Shown in pieces: positions 29,245-39,496 of a DNA stretch of 64,000 nucleotides. Under the pieces are notes generated by a model. It saw only the letters and a list, made by a program, of their open reading frames with translations, was not told the DNA's origin and searched no databases. The DNA comes from Synergistales bacterium. GTDB taxonomy: Bacteria; Synergistota; Synergistia; Synergistales; JAFGMB01. A program made the translations under genes and the position numbers. How positions within the stretch are numbered: the first letter of the stretch is position 1; each line of letters starts with the position of its first letter. The stretch covers positions 1,472,001 through 1,536,000 of the forward strand of contig OY762654.1 of assembly GCA_963666205.1 (NCBI GenBank), read 5' to 3'.

Positions 29245-29385
29245 ATGAAGTTCACAAAGGAAAACCTGAAAATTAATGGCGACGGGTCCTTCGACATTTC
29301 ATTTGGTCCGCAGGGACCTGCAAACAAAGAGGATAACTGGATCCAGACCATTCCCGGCAAAGGATGGAATAATTCAGGTTCCTGA
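29245..29385 (+). pseudogene. Fragment of a DUF1214-like domain
   Basis: 46-aa frame KENLKINGDGSFDISFGP..P..EDNWIQTIPGKGW; no N-terminal part present. Confidence 0.55.
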
Positions 29386-29397
29386 GGGAGGTTCTTT

Positions 29398-30567
29398 ATG
29401 GAAAAGAAAAAATATCAGGACCATTTATTTACATCCCTGTTGAGACCATTTCTTTCATTGATCCTGATCTCATTACTGATCCTTTTACTGAGTATTATCA
29501 GTTACCCGGATAATGCCATCCATGCAATTGAACAGACTCTAGAGGAAGAAACCGCCGAAAAAGCAGCTGAAAAAGCCGTAGAAAAAGCCGCTGAAAAGGC
29601 GGAAGAAGAGGAAGCTGAAAAGGCAGAACTTACAGCCAGGCGTCCTGGCGAATGGAGAGGTCCCACAAAGATCTACTTCCTTATTTTTATTCTTGATATC
29701 GATGAAATAGATGATGCCAACCAGAATTTTATGGCTAATGTCTATCTTCAACTTCGCTGGCAGGACGAACGCCTTGTTAACCCAGGCGGAACTACCCGTC
29801 AGATACCCATGGAAGATATCTGGAATCCCAGGATCCTCATATCCAATCGACAGGGCCTTGTTTCGAGGTCCCTTCCCGAAGTTGCCCAGGTCAATTCTGA
29901 CGGAACTGTATACTATCGTCAGCGATACAGCGGCAGACTGTCTCAACCACTCACTTTAAAGGACTTCCCCAGGGACAGCCATACCTTCAACATCCATTTT
30001 GTGGCAGCCGGTTATCCTGCAAAGGAACTTGATTTTATCCCCGATGAAATGGGCACTTTTGTCGGAGGATCCATGGCAAAGGAACTTTCTCTCCCCGACT
30101 GGGAGATTCTCAAATATGAAGCTCTTAATCTTCCCTACAAACCAATTGAAGGAATAAGCACTGCAGGCTGTGCCTTCCGTTTTGAAGCGAAGAGGTACTC
30201 CATCTATTATCTATGGCAGGTAGTATTGCCCCTCGCTATTGTTGTATTCATGTCCTGGGCAGCCTTCTGGGTAGGACCTGAACATGTGGGTGTGAGAATA
30301 GGTATTGCAACCAGTTCAGTTCTGACACTCATAGCGAACCGCTTTCTCCTGGCAAGTCTTCTTCCCCGTCTCCCCTATATGACACGGCTGGACTATTTTA
30401 CGGTGGGGAGTACTATCCTTGTGTTTCTGGCTCTTGTCACTGTGATAATGACAGCCTTTCTTGTGGAGCAGCAGAAAGAAGAAGGAACCCGAAAGATCGA
30501 TATGGCAGCCCGTTTGGTCTTTCCAGCAGTCTATCTTGCTTTTTTTAGCTGGTTTATTTTTGCGTGA
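29398..30567 (+). CDS. Prokaryotic pentameric ligand-gated ion channel (GLIC/ELIC family) #1
   Basis: W.D.RL, IW.P, DFP.D (Pro-loop), four TM helices, LPRLPY.T.LD. Confidence 0.85.
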   Translation: MEKKKYQDHLFTSLLRPFLSLILISLLILLLSIISYPDNAIHAIEQTLEEETAEKAAEKAVEKAAEKAEEEEAEKAELTARRPGEWRGPTKIYFLIFILDIDEIDDANQNFMANVYLQLRWQDERLVNPGGTTRQIPMEDIWNPRILISNRQGLVSRSLPEVAQVNSDGTVYYRQRYSGRLSQPLTLKDFPRDSHTFNIHFVAAGYPAKELDFIPDEMGTFVGGSMAKELSLPDWEILKYEALNLPYKPIEGISTAGCAFRFEAKRYSIYYLWQVVLPLAIVVFMSWAAFWVGPEHVGVRIGIATSSVLTLIANRFLLASLLPRLPYMTRLDYFTVGSTILVFLALVTVIMTAFLVEQQKEEGTRKIDMAARLVFPAVYLAFFSWFIFA

Positions 30568-30651
30568 ATCAACAGAAGTGAATTCAGTTCATAAATTTTA
30601 CAGGTACTATTCCAGGACAAAATATAGAGATTAATAAAGGAGGGAAAAGTA

Positions 30652-31407
30652 ATGAAGAAAAAAGCCATGATCCTAGCCTTGGTGATCTGCATATCACTGG
30701 TTCCACTTTCAGTCCAGGCTTCAACCCGGGATAACGCCTGGAAATACTCCTTTTCTCCCTATTTGTGGTTCGCCGGAACGGACGGAAATATAACTGCAGG
30801 AGGAGAGACCTACCCGGTGGATATGAGTTTCAGCGATGTACTTGATGACCTTGACTTGGCCATGATGTTCCGTTTTGAAGGGTGGAAGGCCAAATGGGGA
30901 TACTACCTGGAAACATTTTTTATAGATACCACTTCCAGGTTTACTACTAATGGAACTCTTCTGCTCAAAGTAGATGTTGATATGTGGATAATCGACCTGG
31001 GAGCCGGTTACAGGATGCATGAATTTACCACAGAAAAAGGCCTTCCCGGGACCTTCGATCTTCTCGCCGGCATCAGATATTACGATTCAAGTACGGATCT
31101 CTTCGAAATTGAAGCAGGCAATTTCTCTTCAGGAACTGACTGGACAGATTTCGTGATCGGCGGAAGGCTTTCCTATCCCCTTTCAGAACAGTGGATATTC
31201 CGTTTAAGGGGAGACCTGGCTTTCGGCGGTTCTGACCTCACATGGAACGCCGTCGCAGCCTTTGATTACAAATGGAAAGAAAACTGGTCCCTGCTTATAG
31301 GTTACAGGATCCTTGATATCGACTATGAAGACGGAAGCGGAGCTAACAGAAAGGCCTTCGACCTTCAGATGGACGGACCTGCTTTGGCGCTGACATATAG
31401 CTGGTGA
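30652..31407 (+). CDS. Outer-membrane beta-barrel protein
   Basis: Signal peptide; SPYLW, GYR, GP...LTYSW C-terminus. Confidence 0.75.
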   Translation: MKKKAMILALVICISLVPLSVQASTRDNAWKYSFSPYLWFAGTDGNITAGGETYPVDMSFSDVLDDLDLAMMFRFEGWKAKWGYYLETFFIDTTSRFTTNGTLLLKVDVDMWIIDLGAGYRMHEFTTEKGLPGTFDLLAGIRYYDSSTDLFEIEAGNFSSGTDWTDFVIGGRLSYPLSEQWIFRLRGDLAFGGSDLTWNAVAAFDYKWKENWSLLIGYRILDIDYEDGSGANRKAFDLQMDGPALALTYSW

Positions 31408-31439
31408 TGGTGCAACAAATATTAAAGGAGATGATCTGA

Positions 31440-32258
31440 ATGGTAAGGTTTATTCAAAAATCCTTTCCAGAATTTATCATCGTAATATTTGTCCTTATTT
31501 TTCTTTGCTCTTCATCGGCTGCCGATACCGATCCCGGTGAACTGGCCAGGAAAGCACAGAATCCCGTTGCAAACATGATCAGTGTCCCCTTTCAGTATAA
31601 TCTTTCACCACAGACCGGCCCTTATGAAAGGCCTTTACACATACTGAACATCCAGCCTGTTATACCCTTTCCACTGGATGAAAACTGGAATGTCATAACT
31701 CGAACTATTATCCCGGTAATAAGTCAGCCCCAATTCATCTCCGGGCAGGGGCGGGAAACAGGACTGGGAGATATTAATATGACTTTTTTCTTCTCTCCCA
31801 GGAAGGTGGAGAAGCTTATCTGGGGTATTGGCCCTGTCTTTCAGTTTCCAACAGCAACGGATGACCGGCTGGGAACGGATAAGTGGTGCGCCGGAATAGC
31901 AGGAGTGGCCCTCAAGATGAAGGGTCCCTGGGTCTATGGTGCTCTGATAAATAACATATGGTCCTTTGCTGGAGATGATGACCGGGATGATGTAAACCAG
32001 ATGCTCATACAGCCCTTCATAAACTACAATCTGCCAAAAGGCTGGTATTACTCCTTCTCCCCCGTCATCACCGCGAACTGGGAGGCCGACTCAGGCAACC
32101 AGTGGACGGTACCCCTGGGATTGGGCGTTGGACGTGTCATGACCCTGGGAAAACAGCCCGTCAACATATCCGCTGCAGCCTATTACAACGTCGAGAAACC
32201 GGAATATGTGGATGATTGGCAGATAAGGCTGCAATTTACACTGCTCTACCCAAAATAG
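31440..32258 (+). CDS. Putative outer-membrane beta-barrel / transporter
   Basis: LARKAQNPVA.MISVPFQ, NIQPVIPF, GLGD, FPTAT...LG..KW, W.VPLG. Confidence 0.7.
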   Translation: MVRFIQKSFPEFIIVIFVLIFLCSSSAADTDPGELARKAQNPVANMISVPFQYNLSPQTGPYERPLHILNIQPVIPFPLDENWNVITRTIIPVISQPQFISGQGRETGLGDINMTFFFSPRKVEKLIWGIGPVFQFPTATDDRLGTDKWCAGIAGVALKMKGPWVYGALINNIWSFAGDDDRDDVNQMLIQPFINYNLPKGWYYSFSPVITANWEADSGNQWTVPLGLGVGRVMTLGKQPVNISAAAYYNVEKPEYVDDWQIRLQFTLLYPK

Positions 32259-32290
32259 GTTTTGGATTCAGAAAAAAGGAGGACGGGAAA

Positions 32291-32995
32291 ATGAAAAATT
32301 TTAACAGAATGTTTCTTCTTTTAATGGTCGTAATGACCGCTTCTCTCATGATGCTCCAGGCATTTCCTGTATATGGAAGCACGCCCGAAGAAAGGATCGA
32401 CTCTTCCATCAAGATGCTGGAAGAGATGTCGAAACAGACCGATGCAGGGTCCATGGCACGCTATATAAAAGAAGGAATAGGTGTAGCCCTCTACCCTTCG
32501 GTGTTAAAGACTGGAATGGGTTTCGGGACCAAACGGGGAAAAGGATTGATCCTGCAGCGGGACCCGGCCACAGGAAAATGGTATGGCCCCAGCTTCACCG
32601 ATATCCTTGGTGCTTCATGGGGGATACAGATCGGTGTCCAGGTCATATCCCTTGTTCTTGTCATCAACAACGAACGGGGTATGGAACCCTTTACAAAGGG
32701 TGACAATGTAACCATAGGAAGTGATGTGGGTGTTGCTGCGGGGCCTGTGGGAAGAACGGCTGGAGCAGCCACAGATATTCAGGCGAAGGCGGCCATGTAC
32801 AGCTACTCCATGTCGAAGGGACTTTTTGCAGGACTGTCGCTGGAAGGGGCAACTCTGCGGATCGACCAGAACGCCAACACAGCTTACTGGGGGAAAGCAA
32901 CTCCTCCAAAGGAAGCCCTGTCAAAGGAAGCCACAGATGAAAGGGTGAAGCCCCTCATTGACAAGCTGGAGGAGCTTATGAAAAAAGCAGAATGA
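32291..32995 (+). CDS. Ysc84/SYLF lipid-binding domain protein, exported
   Basis: GASWGIQIG, AAGPVGR, YSYSMSKGLFAGLSLEG; signal peptide; GGAGG SD. Confidence 0.85.
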   Translation: MKNFNRMFLLLMVVMTASLMMLQAFPVYGSTPEERIDSSIKMLEEMSKQTDAGSMARYIKEGIGVALYPSVLKTGMGFGTKRGKGLILQRDPATGKWYGPSFTDILGASWGIQIGVQVISLVLVINNERGMEPFTKGDNVTIGSDVGVAAGPVGRTAGAATDIQAKAAMYSYSMSKGLFAGLSLEGATLRIDQNANTAYWGKATPPKEALSKEATDERVKPLIDKLEELMKKAE

Positions 32996-33053
32996 CCCCG
33001 GTTTCTGAGACACCGGATCGGAGGGCGTTGCGCTGACAATGGAGGTAATGAAA

Positions 33054-33524
33054 ATGTGGAAAAGAGGAATATTTTCAATCTCGGGTTGTATTTTAATACT
33101 GCTTTCTTTCTCCATTGCACTGGCATTCCCCGTTATTGAGCCTCAGAGGATACTTTCAGAGGAAGGCTGGCAGGAAGAATATGATTCATTTCTTGTAGAA
33201 GATAACCTGTTAAATGATCTGAAATCCGAGATGAAAAGTGAGGATGCCATTGAAGTATATTTCGCTTTCTGGTGCCCCGATTGCAAAAGGGAACTTCCCC
33301 ATTTTCTCAAGATCATGGACATGGCAGAAATGGATCTTGAGAATGTAACTTTCTACGAAGTGGAAAGAAAAAGCTCGGGTGACCAGAAATACTATTTTGA
33401 GGAAAAGAAGGTAACGAAAATACCTGCATTCATCCTTTTCAGAAATGGAAAGGAAGCGGGAAGGATAGTGGAATCCCCTAGGAAAAGCCTGGCCGAGGAC
33501 CTTGTTGAAATATTGAAGGAATAG
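33054..33524 (+). CDS. Exported thioredoxin-like protein
   Basis: WCPDC, IP.FI...GKE.GRIVE.P; signal peptide. Confidence 0.8.
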   Translation: MWKRGIFSISGCILILLSFSIALAFPVIEPQRILSEEGWQEEYDSFLVEDNLLNDLKSEMKSEDAIEVYFAFWCPDCKRELPHFLKIMDMAEMDLENVTFYEVERKSSGDQKYYFEEKKVTKIPAFILFRNGKEAGRIVESPRKSLAEDLVEILKE

Positions 33525-33531
33525 GGAGGAT

Positions 33532-34593
33532 GTGTCCGAATTGTCCAGGGATAAACCCAGGGATGGAGCCCTTTTACTATTCAGATCAATGTTCCTGATA
33601 CTGCTGGCCTTCTTTTCGATAACCCTTTGTAACCCGGGCCATGCTTTCTACTACAGATCCCGTCCTGAAAGTGAAAAGGGCCCTACAGATGTGAACATAG
33701 GTATCTATGTTATCGATATATCCAGAGTGGATGATGCAAACCAGAGATTTTCCACAGATTTTATTCTTCGCCTTACCTGGAAGGATCCAAGGCTTGCCAT
33801 TGAATCGGATGAAGACACATCCTTAACCAGGTTCCTGTCCCTTGATGAAATATGGCATCCGGCTATTGGAATAATCCAGCAGGAGAATCTGACCAGGCAT
33901 TACCGGGATAATGTTGAGATCAGCCCTTCAGGAGATGTGAAATACTCCCAGAGATATTCAGGTAATGTTCATTTTGTCATGGACCTTAAGGACTTTCCCT
34001 TTGACGATCATATAATCACGTTGAGTGCTTCGTCATATCCCCACGACATTCATGAAGTGCAACTGATCCCTGACCCCGAAATAACAGGGATCGATCCGGC
34101 ATTAACCCTGACCGGGTGGAAGATCCTTTCATCCCGATACAATTCAGATACTTCATATATGGCTCCTCAGAACAAGTACAGAAGCAGGTTCAACCTTGAA
34201 ATTGAGGTCAAAAGAGAGCCCGGTTTTTTCCTCATGCGGATAGTTTTCCCTTTATCCATAATAGTGTTCATGTCCTGGATGGTCTTCTGGATCAACCCTA
34301 TCCATCTTGAAGCACAGATAGGAGTTTCGGCCACTGCCCTTCTCAGCCTTTTCGCATTTCACTTTTCCATGGGCGAACTCCTGCCCAGGATCTCCTACCT
34401 TACAAGAATGGATATTTTTGTTACAGGATCGACACTGCTGATATTCCTGGCCATTGTTGAGACCGTACGCACAAGCCTTCTGGCCGACAATGGACAGGAA
34501 AAAAGGGCATTGGATATCGATAGTTTCTGCAGGGTCTTTTTCCCGTTATTGTATATTTCCATCGCCGTCTATTCCATGCTCGTGATCTTCTAG
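33532..34593 (+). CDS. Prokaryotic pentameric ligand-gated ion channel #2
   Basis: WKDPRL, IWHP, DFPFD, MSW.VFW, LPRISYLTRMD. Confidence 0.87.
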   Translation: MSELSRDKPRDGALLLFRSMFLILLAFFSITLCNPGHAFYYRSRPESEKGPTDVNIGIYVIDISRVDDANQRFSTDFILRLTWKDPRLAIESDEDTSLTRFLSLDEIWHPAIGIIQQENLTRHYRDNVEISPSGDVKYSQRYSGNVHFVMDLKDFPFDDHIITLSASSYPHDIHEVQLIPDPEITGIDPALTLTGWKILSSRYNSDTSYMAPQNKYRSRFNLEIEVKREPGFFLMRIVFPLSIIVFMSWMVFWINPIHLEAQIGVSATALLSLFAFHFSMGELLPRISYLTRMDIFVTGSTLLIFLAIVETVRTSLLADNGQEKRALDIDSFCRVFFPLLYISIAVYSMLVIF

Positions 34594-34688
34594 CAAGAAA
34601 ATGAAAATGGAAATATACCTGACAGATTTATTGTTCCATCCCCTGAGACCCCGGAAATTGCGGGTCTTTTTTCTTTGGATCTATCTTC

Positions 34689-34746
34689 TTGACAAAATCG
34701 CATATGGGACTAAAATCAAATAATCGTTTAAATCAAACGTTTGTTT
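34689..34746 (+). promoter_or_regulatory. Promoter with putative TetR operator
   Basis: TTGACA-N16-TAAAAT followed by palindrome CAAACGTTTG. Confidence 0.55.
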
Positions 34747-34774
34747 GGTAGTAATTTCAGGGAGATGAATATAC

Positions 34775-35377
34775 ATGTCGATGGAAGAAATGAATACACG
34801 GGAAAGAATACTGGAAACTGCAAAGAGACTTTTCGCTGATAGAAGCTTTGAGGGGGTTTCCATAAGGGATATAACAGGTGCTGCAGGAGTGAACACTTCC
34901 ATGATCTCCTATTACTTCGGGGGCAAGGATGGTCTCTACGAGGCCATCTTTGATAGTGAATTCATGTCCATGATCCGTTTCCTCAGTGACAGTGAGACCC
35001 TCAAAAAAATGCCTCCCCGTGAAAGGATAATCCACCTGGTCGACATGATCGTGGAAATGCACACGGAACATCCGGACCTGGCCAGGCTGCTCCACCATGA
35101 AATGCTCCACCCCACCAGAATGTACTCCGAAAAGATAGTGAAGGGAGTCTCCCTTCTGGCCGAAACTTTCAGAATGACCTTTCAGGAAGGAATTGAAAAG
35201 GGGATATTCCGTTCTGACCTGAAAAGTTTTGAAATGTCCTATGCCCTGGCCTCCATGGTGAACTACCAGTTCATCTTCTCCGGGCTCCTTTCAACGATAA
35301 TGGATAACCTTAATGTTTCAAAGGTCAGAACGGAAAGCCTTATTTCAATACTCATGGAAGGAATAGAGAATAGATGA
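34775..35377 (+). CDS. TetR/AcrR family regulator
   Basis: RERIL..A..LFA...FEGVSIRDI...AGVN.SMISYYFGGK. Confidence 0.92.
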   Translation: MSMEEMNTRERILETAKRLFADRSFEGVSIRDITGAAGVNTSMISYYFGGKDGLYEAIFDSEFMSMIRFLSDSETLKKMPPRERIIHLVDMIVEMHTEHPDLARLLHHEMLHPTRMYSEKIVKGVSLLAETFRMTFQEGIEKGIFRSDLKSFEMSYALASMVNYQFIFSGLLSTIMDNLNVSKVRTESLISILMEGIENR

Positions 35378-36390
35378 AGAAGCCAGGGGTCATTTTTTTC
35401 ACTATATTAATCGCTTCAGCAATTGTGGCGGGATACTTCTACAGGAACAGACTTCTGGAATTTCTGCCCCTGAACAGAAAAGATAACACCGTTCTGCGTG
35501 CTACCGGAACAATAGAAATACAGGAAGTTGATATTTCATCAAAAATGACAGGATATATTGAAAATATCCTTGTCGAGGAAAGCGACCTGGTGAAAGAAGA
35601 CCAACTGCTGGCAGTCATCAAGAGGCCCGATCTTATATCAAGGCTGGCCCTGGACAGAGCTTCTCTGGAAAAGGCAAGGGCATTACTTGCGGATATACAG
35701 AAAGGTGCCAGGAAAGAGGAGATCGCAGAAATAGACGCCAGGATCAAGGCGGCTTTATCACGTTACGGCCAGGCAGAAAAGGACTATGAACGTTATCGCA
35801 GACTTTACGAGGATAACGTGGTCAGTTCAAAACAGATGGAGGAATTCCGTCTCAGCAGGAATGTTGCTCTTGAAGAAGTCAAAGCCCTGAAGGAAAAGAG
35901 AGACCTTCTTCTCCTTGGCGCAAGGGATGATCAGGTAAAGGCCCAGGAAGAGGAAATAAAAAAACTTGAAGCAAACATAGGAATAACCGAAACAGAAATA
36001 GAAGATACCCGGATAACAAGTCCCCTTTCCGGAGTTGTTCTTTTAAAGAATTACGAGAGGGGCGAGCTTGCCTCAGCAGGTTCCATTCTTCTGACCATCG
36101 GCGATTACACAGATTGCTGGATCAACATATACGTTCCCTCAAGCCTGCTGGGTTATGTATATCCAGGACAGGAGGCTTCCATCAGGATAGATTCCTGGCC
36201 AGAAACCGCTTTTACCGGAAATGTTTCGGAGATCGCGGAAAGAGCCGAATATACTCCCAGGGCGAGCATTACTCCCGAGGAAAGAGCCAATCTGGTTTTC
36301 AGGGTCAGGATCTCCCTGGATAATCAAGAGGGTATCTTCAAACCCGGAATGCCCGCTGACGTGATCATAATGAAGAAGGAACTGAAATGA
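35374..36390 (+). CDS. HlyD/YbhG-type membrane fusion protein
   Basis: N-terminal TM, coiled coil, SP.SG.V, AEYTP, KPGMPAD. Confidence 0.88.
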   Translation: MKKPGVIFFTILIASAIVAGYFYRNRLLEFLPLNRKDNTVLRATGTIEIQEVDISSKMTGYIENILVEESDLVKEDQLLAVIKRPDLISRLALDRASLEKARALLADIQKGARKEEIAEIDARIKAALSRYGQAEKDYERYRRLYEDNVVSSKQMEEFRLSRNVALEEVKALKEKRDLLLLGARDDQVKAQEEEIKKLEANIGITETEIEDTRITSPLSGVVLLKNYERGELASAGSILLTIGDYTDCWINIYVPSSLLGYVYPGQEASIRIDSWPETAFTGNVSEIAERAEYTPRASITPEERANLVFRVRISLDNQEGIFKPGMPADVIIMKKELK

Positions 36391-37280
36391 TCGAGGCAAG
36401 GGAACTGAAAAAGGATTTTGGCAAGGTGAAGGCTGTGAGAAGCATCTCCTTCACAGTCCATAAGGGGGAAATTTATGGGATAGTCGGGCCCGACGGCGCC
36501 GGCAAGACGACAACTCTCAGGATGATAGCCGGAGTAATGAAACCTTCTGGTGGAGAGATCTTTCTGTCGGACCAGAAAAATGGTAAGGCAGTTCCCGGGA
36601 GAATGGGTTACATGCCACAGAACTTCAGTCTGTACGAGGAATTCTCCGTATGGGAAAACGTAAATTTCGTAGGATCCATGTACGGGGTAGAGAACATGAA
36701 GATCAGGAAAAAAGGAGAGGAAGTTCTCTCCCTTATGGGGCTTATCGATTTCGGAGACCGCCTGGCTGGAAGGCTTTCGGGGGGAATGAAGCAGAAACTG
36801 GCCCTGGCCTGTGCCCTTCTCCACGAACCGGAATTTCTTATCCTGGACGAACCTTCGAGAGGAGTGGACCCTGTATCCAGAAGGGAATTCTGGGAGATCC
36901 TCTACAGATTGAACAGCGAAGGAATAACAGTACTGGTTTCAACCCCCTACATGGACGAGGCGGAACTATGTTCTCAACTTGCCTTTATGCATCATGGAAG
37001 GATACTCCTTTCCGGATCACCAGAAGAAATATGCCGGAAATATCCCTGGAAAGTTCTGGAGGTTCATTCTCCTGAAAAAAGATTCCGGAAAGAACTCGAG
37101 GATTTACCCTGTCATGATATCAACTCATTCGGAGACACCATTCATGTAGCAGTTGAGGATGTTTTTCAAAAAACCCGCGAAATAGAACATATTTTTGCCC
37201 ATTCCGGGATTGGGGATTATTCCATAAGGGAAATATCCCCTTCCATAGAAGATGTTTTTGTTGAGTTTTCAAAGGATTGA
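36387..37280 (+). CDS. ABC transporter ATP-binding protein
   Basis: GPDGAGKTT, LSGGMKQK, ILDEP. Confidence 0.92.
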   Translation: MIEARELKKDFGKVKAVRSISFTVHKGEIYGIVGPDGAGKTTTLRMIAGVMKPSGGEIFLSDQKNGKAVPGRMGYMPQNFSLYEEFSVWENVNFVGSMYGVENMKIRKKGEEVLSLMGLIDFGDRLAGRLSGGMKQKLALACALLHEPEFLILDEPSRGVDPVSRREFWEILYRLNSEGITVLVSTPYMDEAELCSQLAFMHHGRILLSGSPEEICRKYPWKVLEVHSPEKRFRKELEDLPCHDINSFGDTIHVAVEDVFQKTREIEHIFAHSGIGDYSIREISPSIEDVFVEFSKD

Positions 37281-37285
37281 TCATT

Positions 37286-38203
37286 ATGAAAGAAACTGTT
37301 GTTAAAACTCGAGGACTCACGAAAAGGTTCGGCACTTTCAGAGCTGTTGACAGGGTGGATCTTGAAATATCCAGGGGTCAGATCTTCGGTTTTCTGGGTC
37401 CTAACGGTTCAGGAAAGACCACCACCATCAGGATGCTCTGTGGGCTTCTCTCTCCTTCCGAGGGAGAGGGCTCCATACTTGGAATGGATATTTCAGTGGA
37501 AGGTAAGAAAATACGGGAAAATATTGGTTACATGTCACAGAAATTCAGCCTCTACTCCGATCTCACTGTTATGGAGAATCTGAAATTTTATTCGGGCATG
37601 TACAGTCTTGGACGGAAGATGTCTTCGTTAAGGATAGAGGAACTGATTAAATTATCCCATCTTGAAGAGATGGGAAATGAATTGGCATCAAACCTTTCAT
37701 CCGGGGTAAGACAGCGATTGGCCCTCTGCTGTTCTATTCTTCATGAGCCTTCCATTCTATTTCTGGACGAACCCACAAGCGGAGTCGACCCGGCAGGCAG
37801 GAGGAATTTCTGGAAGATCATCTATTCCCTTGCAGAAAAAGGCACCACTATCATGGTTACCACCCATTTCATGGATGAAGCAGAACACTGTGACCGGCTG
37901 GGACTTATGTACTCCGGACAGCTTCTGGCCTGTGATACGCCTGAAGATCTGAAAAAAGAACTCCCTGGCCATCTCTTCTGCATAAGTACCAAGAATCCTG
38001 TAACCCTCCTTGAACACATAAAGAATAGCAATGAGGAGATCATTGACGCCTATCTCTACGGCAGGTCATTAAGAATACTTTCAAGGAGCGAAAAACTTGT
38101 GATTCCAGGAGAAATGCCGTCGGAAAGGATCGAGCCCTCCCTTGAGGATATTTTCGTTCACTATGTCAGGGAAGGCATAAAAATCGAAAGAAATGCAGCC
38201 TGA
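37286..38203 (+). CDS. ABC transporter ATP-binding protein
   Basis: GPNGSGKTT, LSSGVRQR, FLDEPTSGVD, TTH. Confidence 0.92.
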   Translation: MKETVVKTRGLTKRFGTFRAVDRVDLEISRGQIFGFLGPNGSGKTTTIRMLCGLLSPSEGEGSILGMDISVEGKKIRENIGYMSQKFSLYSDLTVMENLKFYSGMYSLGRKMSSLRIEELIKLSHLEEMGNELASNLSSGVRQRLALCCSILHEPSILFLDEPTSGVDPAGRRNFWKIIYSLAEKGTTIMVTTHFMDEAEHCDRLGLMYSGQLLACDTPEDLKKELPGHLFCISTKNPVTLLEHIKNSNEEIIDAYLYGRSLRILSRSEKLVIPGEMPSERIEPSLEDIFVHYVREGIKIERNAA

Positions 38204-38217
38204 GGAAGAGGGTAAAG

Positions 38218-39330
38218 ATGAGAAGACTTCTGGCCCTTATAAAAAAAGAATTCATTCAGATGAGGCGCGACAGGATAACCCTGGCCCTTATGATGATGCT
38301 TCCGGTGGTACAGCTAATTATTTTCGGCTTCGCCATAAATACTGATGTCAAACACCTTTCAACGGCGGTGTTCGATCAGTCCCAGACCCAGGAAAGCAGG
38401 GAGCTGATAAGATCTTTCAAGGCAACCCAGTATTTTGACATAAAGCACTATGCCCGAAGCTACGAAGGGGTAACCGAACTTATCCAGAAAGGGACCGTAA
38501 AGGTGGGAATAGTGATCCCTCACGATCATGCCCAAAACCTGAAAAAAGGAACTCCGGCCCAGGTACAGGTCCTTGTGGATGCAACGGACTCCATGTCTTC
38601 TGCCTCTGCAATAAATGCGGCGGAACTGGTGGGGTTAAAAAGATCGGAAGAATTAAGGTTCCACGGGTTGAAGGGCACCAGGGATCCTGCCTATGATATC
38701 CGGGTTAGAGCCTGGTATAACAGGGACTTCAGGTCCACATGGTTTATCGTTCCTGGAATCCTTGGCATCATTCTGACCATGACCATGCTCATGATAACTT
38801 CCATGGCCATCGTCCGGGAAAGGGAAAGGGGTACCCTTGAACAGCTTATCGTAACTCCCATGAGATCCTGGGAGCTCATGCTTGGAAAGATCATTCCCTA
38901 CATAACCGTGGGATACGTTCAACTGACTCTGGGACTTCTGGTTGGTAAATTCATTTTCAGGGTCCCCATGAGAGGCAGCATGACCCTTCTCTATGTACTT
39001 ACCCTTCTTTTCATAGTGGCAACCCTTGCCTGGGGAATACTCATATCAACCATGGCCAGGACCCAGACCCAGGCCATGATAATGTCCATATTCGGTCTTC
39101 TGCCCAGCATCCTTCTTTCGGGATTCGTCTTTCCCCGGGAGGGAATGCCCCGGTTCTTCCAGGTCATAAGCAACATTCTCCCGCTGACCTGGTTTCTCCA
39201 GATAACCAGGGGGATCATGTTAAAGGGTGTGGGAATAAATTACCTGTGGCCCCAGTTAGGAGCCCTGGTGATACTTATATCATTTTTCCTGACGGTAAGC
39301 CTCATCAAATTCAGAAAGACTCTTGATTGA
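38218..39330 (+). CDS. ABC-2 type permease (YbhR/YbhS-like)
   Basis: KKEFIQMRRD, RERERGTLEQL, LSGFVFP. Confidence 0.9.
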   Translation: MRRLLALIKKEFIQMRRDRITLALMMMLPVVQLIIFGFAINTDVKHLSTAVFDQSQTQESRELIRSFKATQYFDIKHYARSYEGVTELIQKGTVKVGIVIPHDHAQNLKKGTPAQVQVLVDATDSMSSASAINAAELVGLKRSEELRFHGLKGTRDPAYDIRVRAWYNRDFRSTWFIVPGILGIILTMTMLMITSMAIVRERERGTLEQLIVTPMRSWELMLGKIIPYITVGYVQLTLGLLVGKFIFRVPMRGSMTLLYVLTLLFIVATLAWGILISTMARTQTQAMIMSIFGLLPSILLSGFVFPREGMPRFFQVISNILPLTWFLQITRGIMLKGVGINYLWPQLGALVILISFFLTVSLIKFRKTLD

Positions 39331-39496
39331 AAAACTGAAGGTCTGATCTGCGAAAATGTTTTATGCAGAATACTAACAGTGAGAAGAACTGGCTTGATGA
39401 TCTTAATAATCTGGGGTATCATTCAATCTATCTCCTCAGTCAACTCTTTAACGAGCTAATAAAAATATTTACTTTTTTAAAGAAAGGATATGGATC

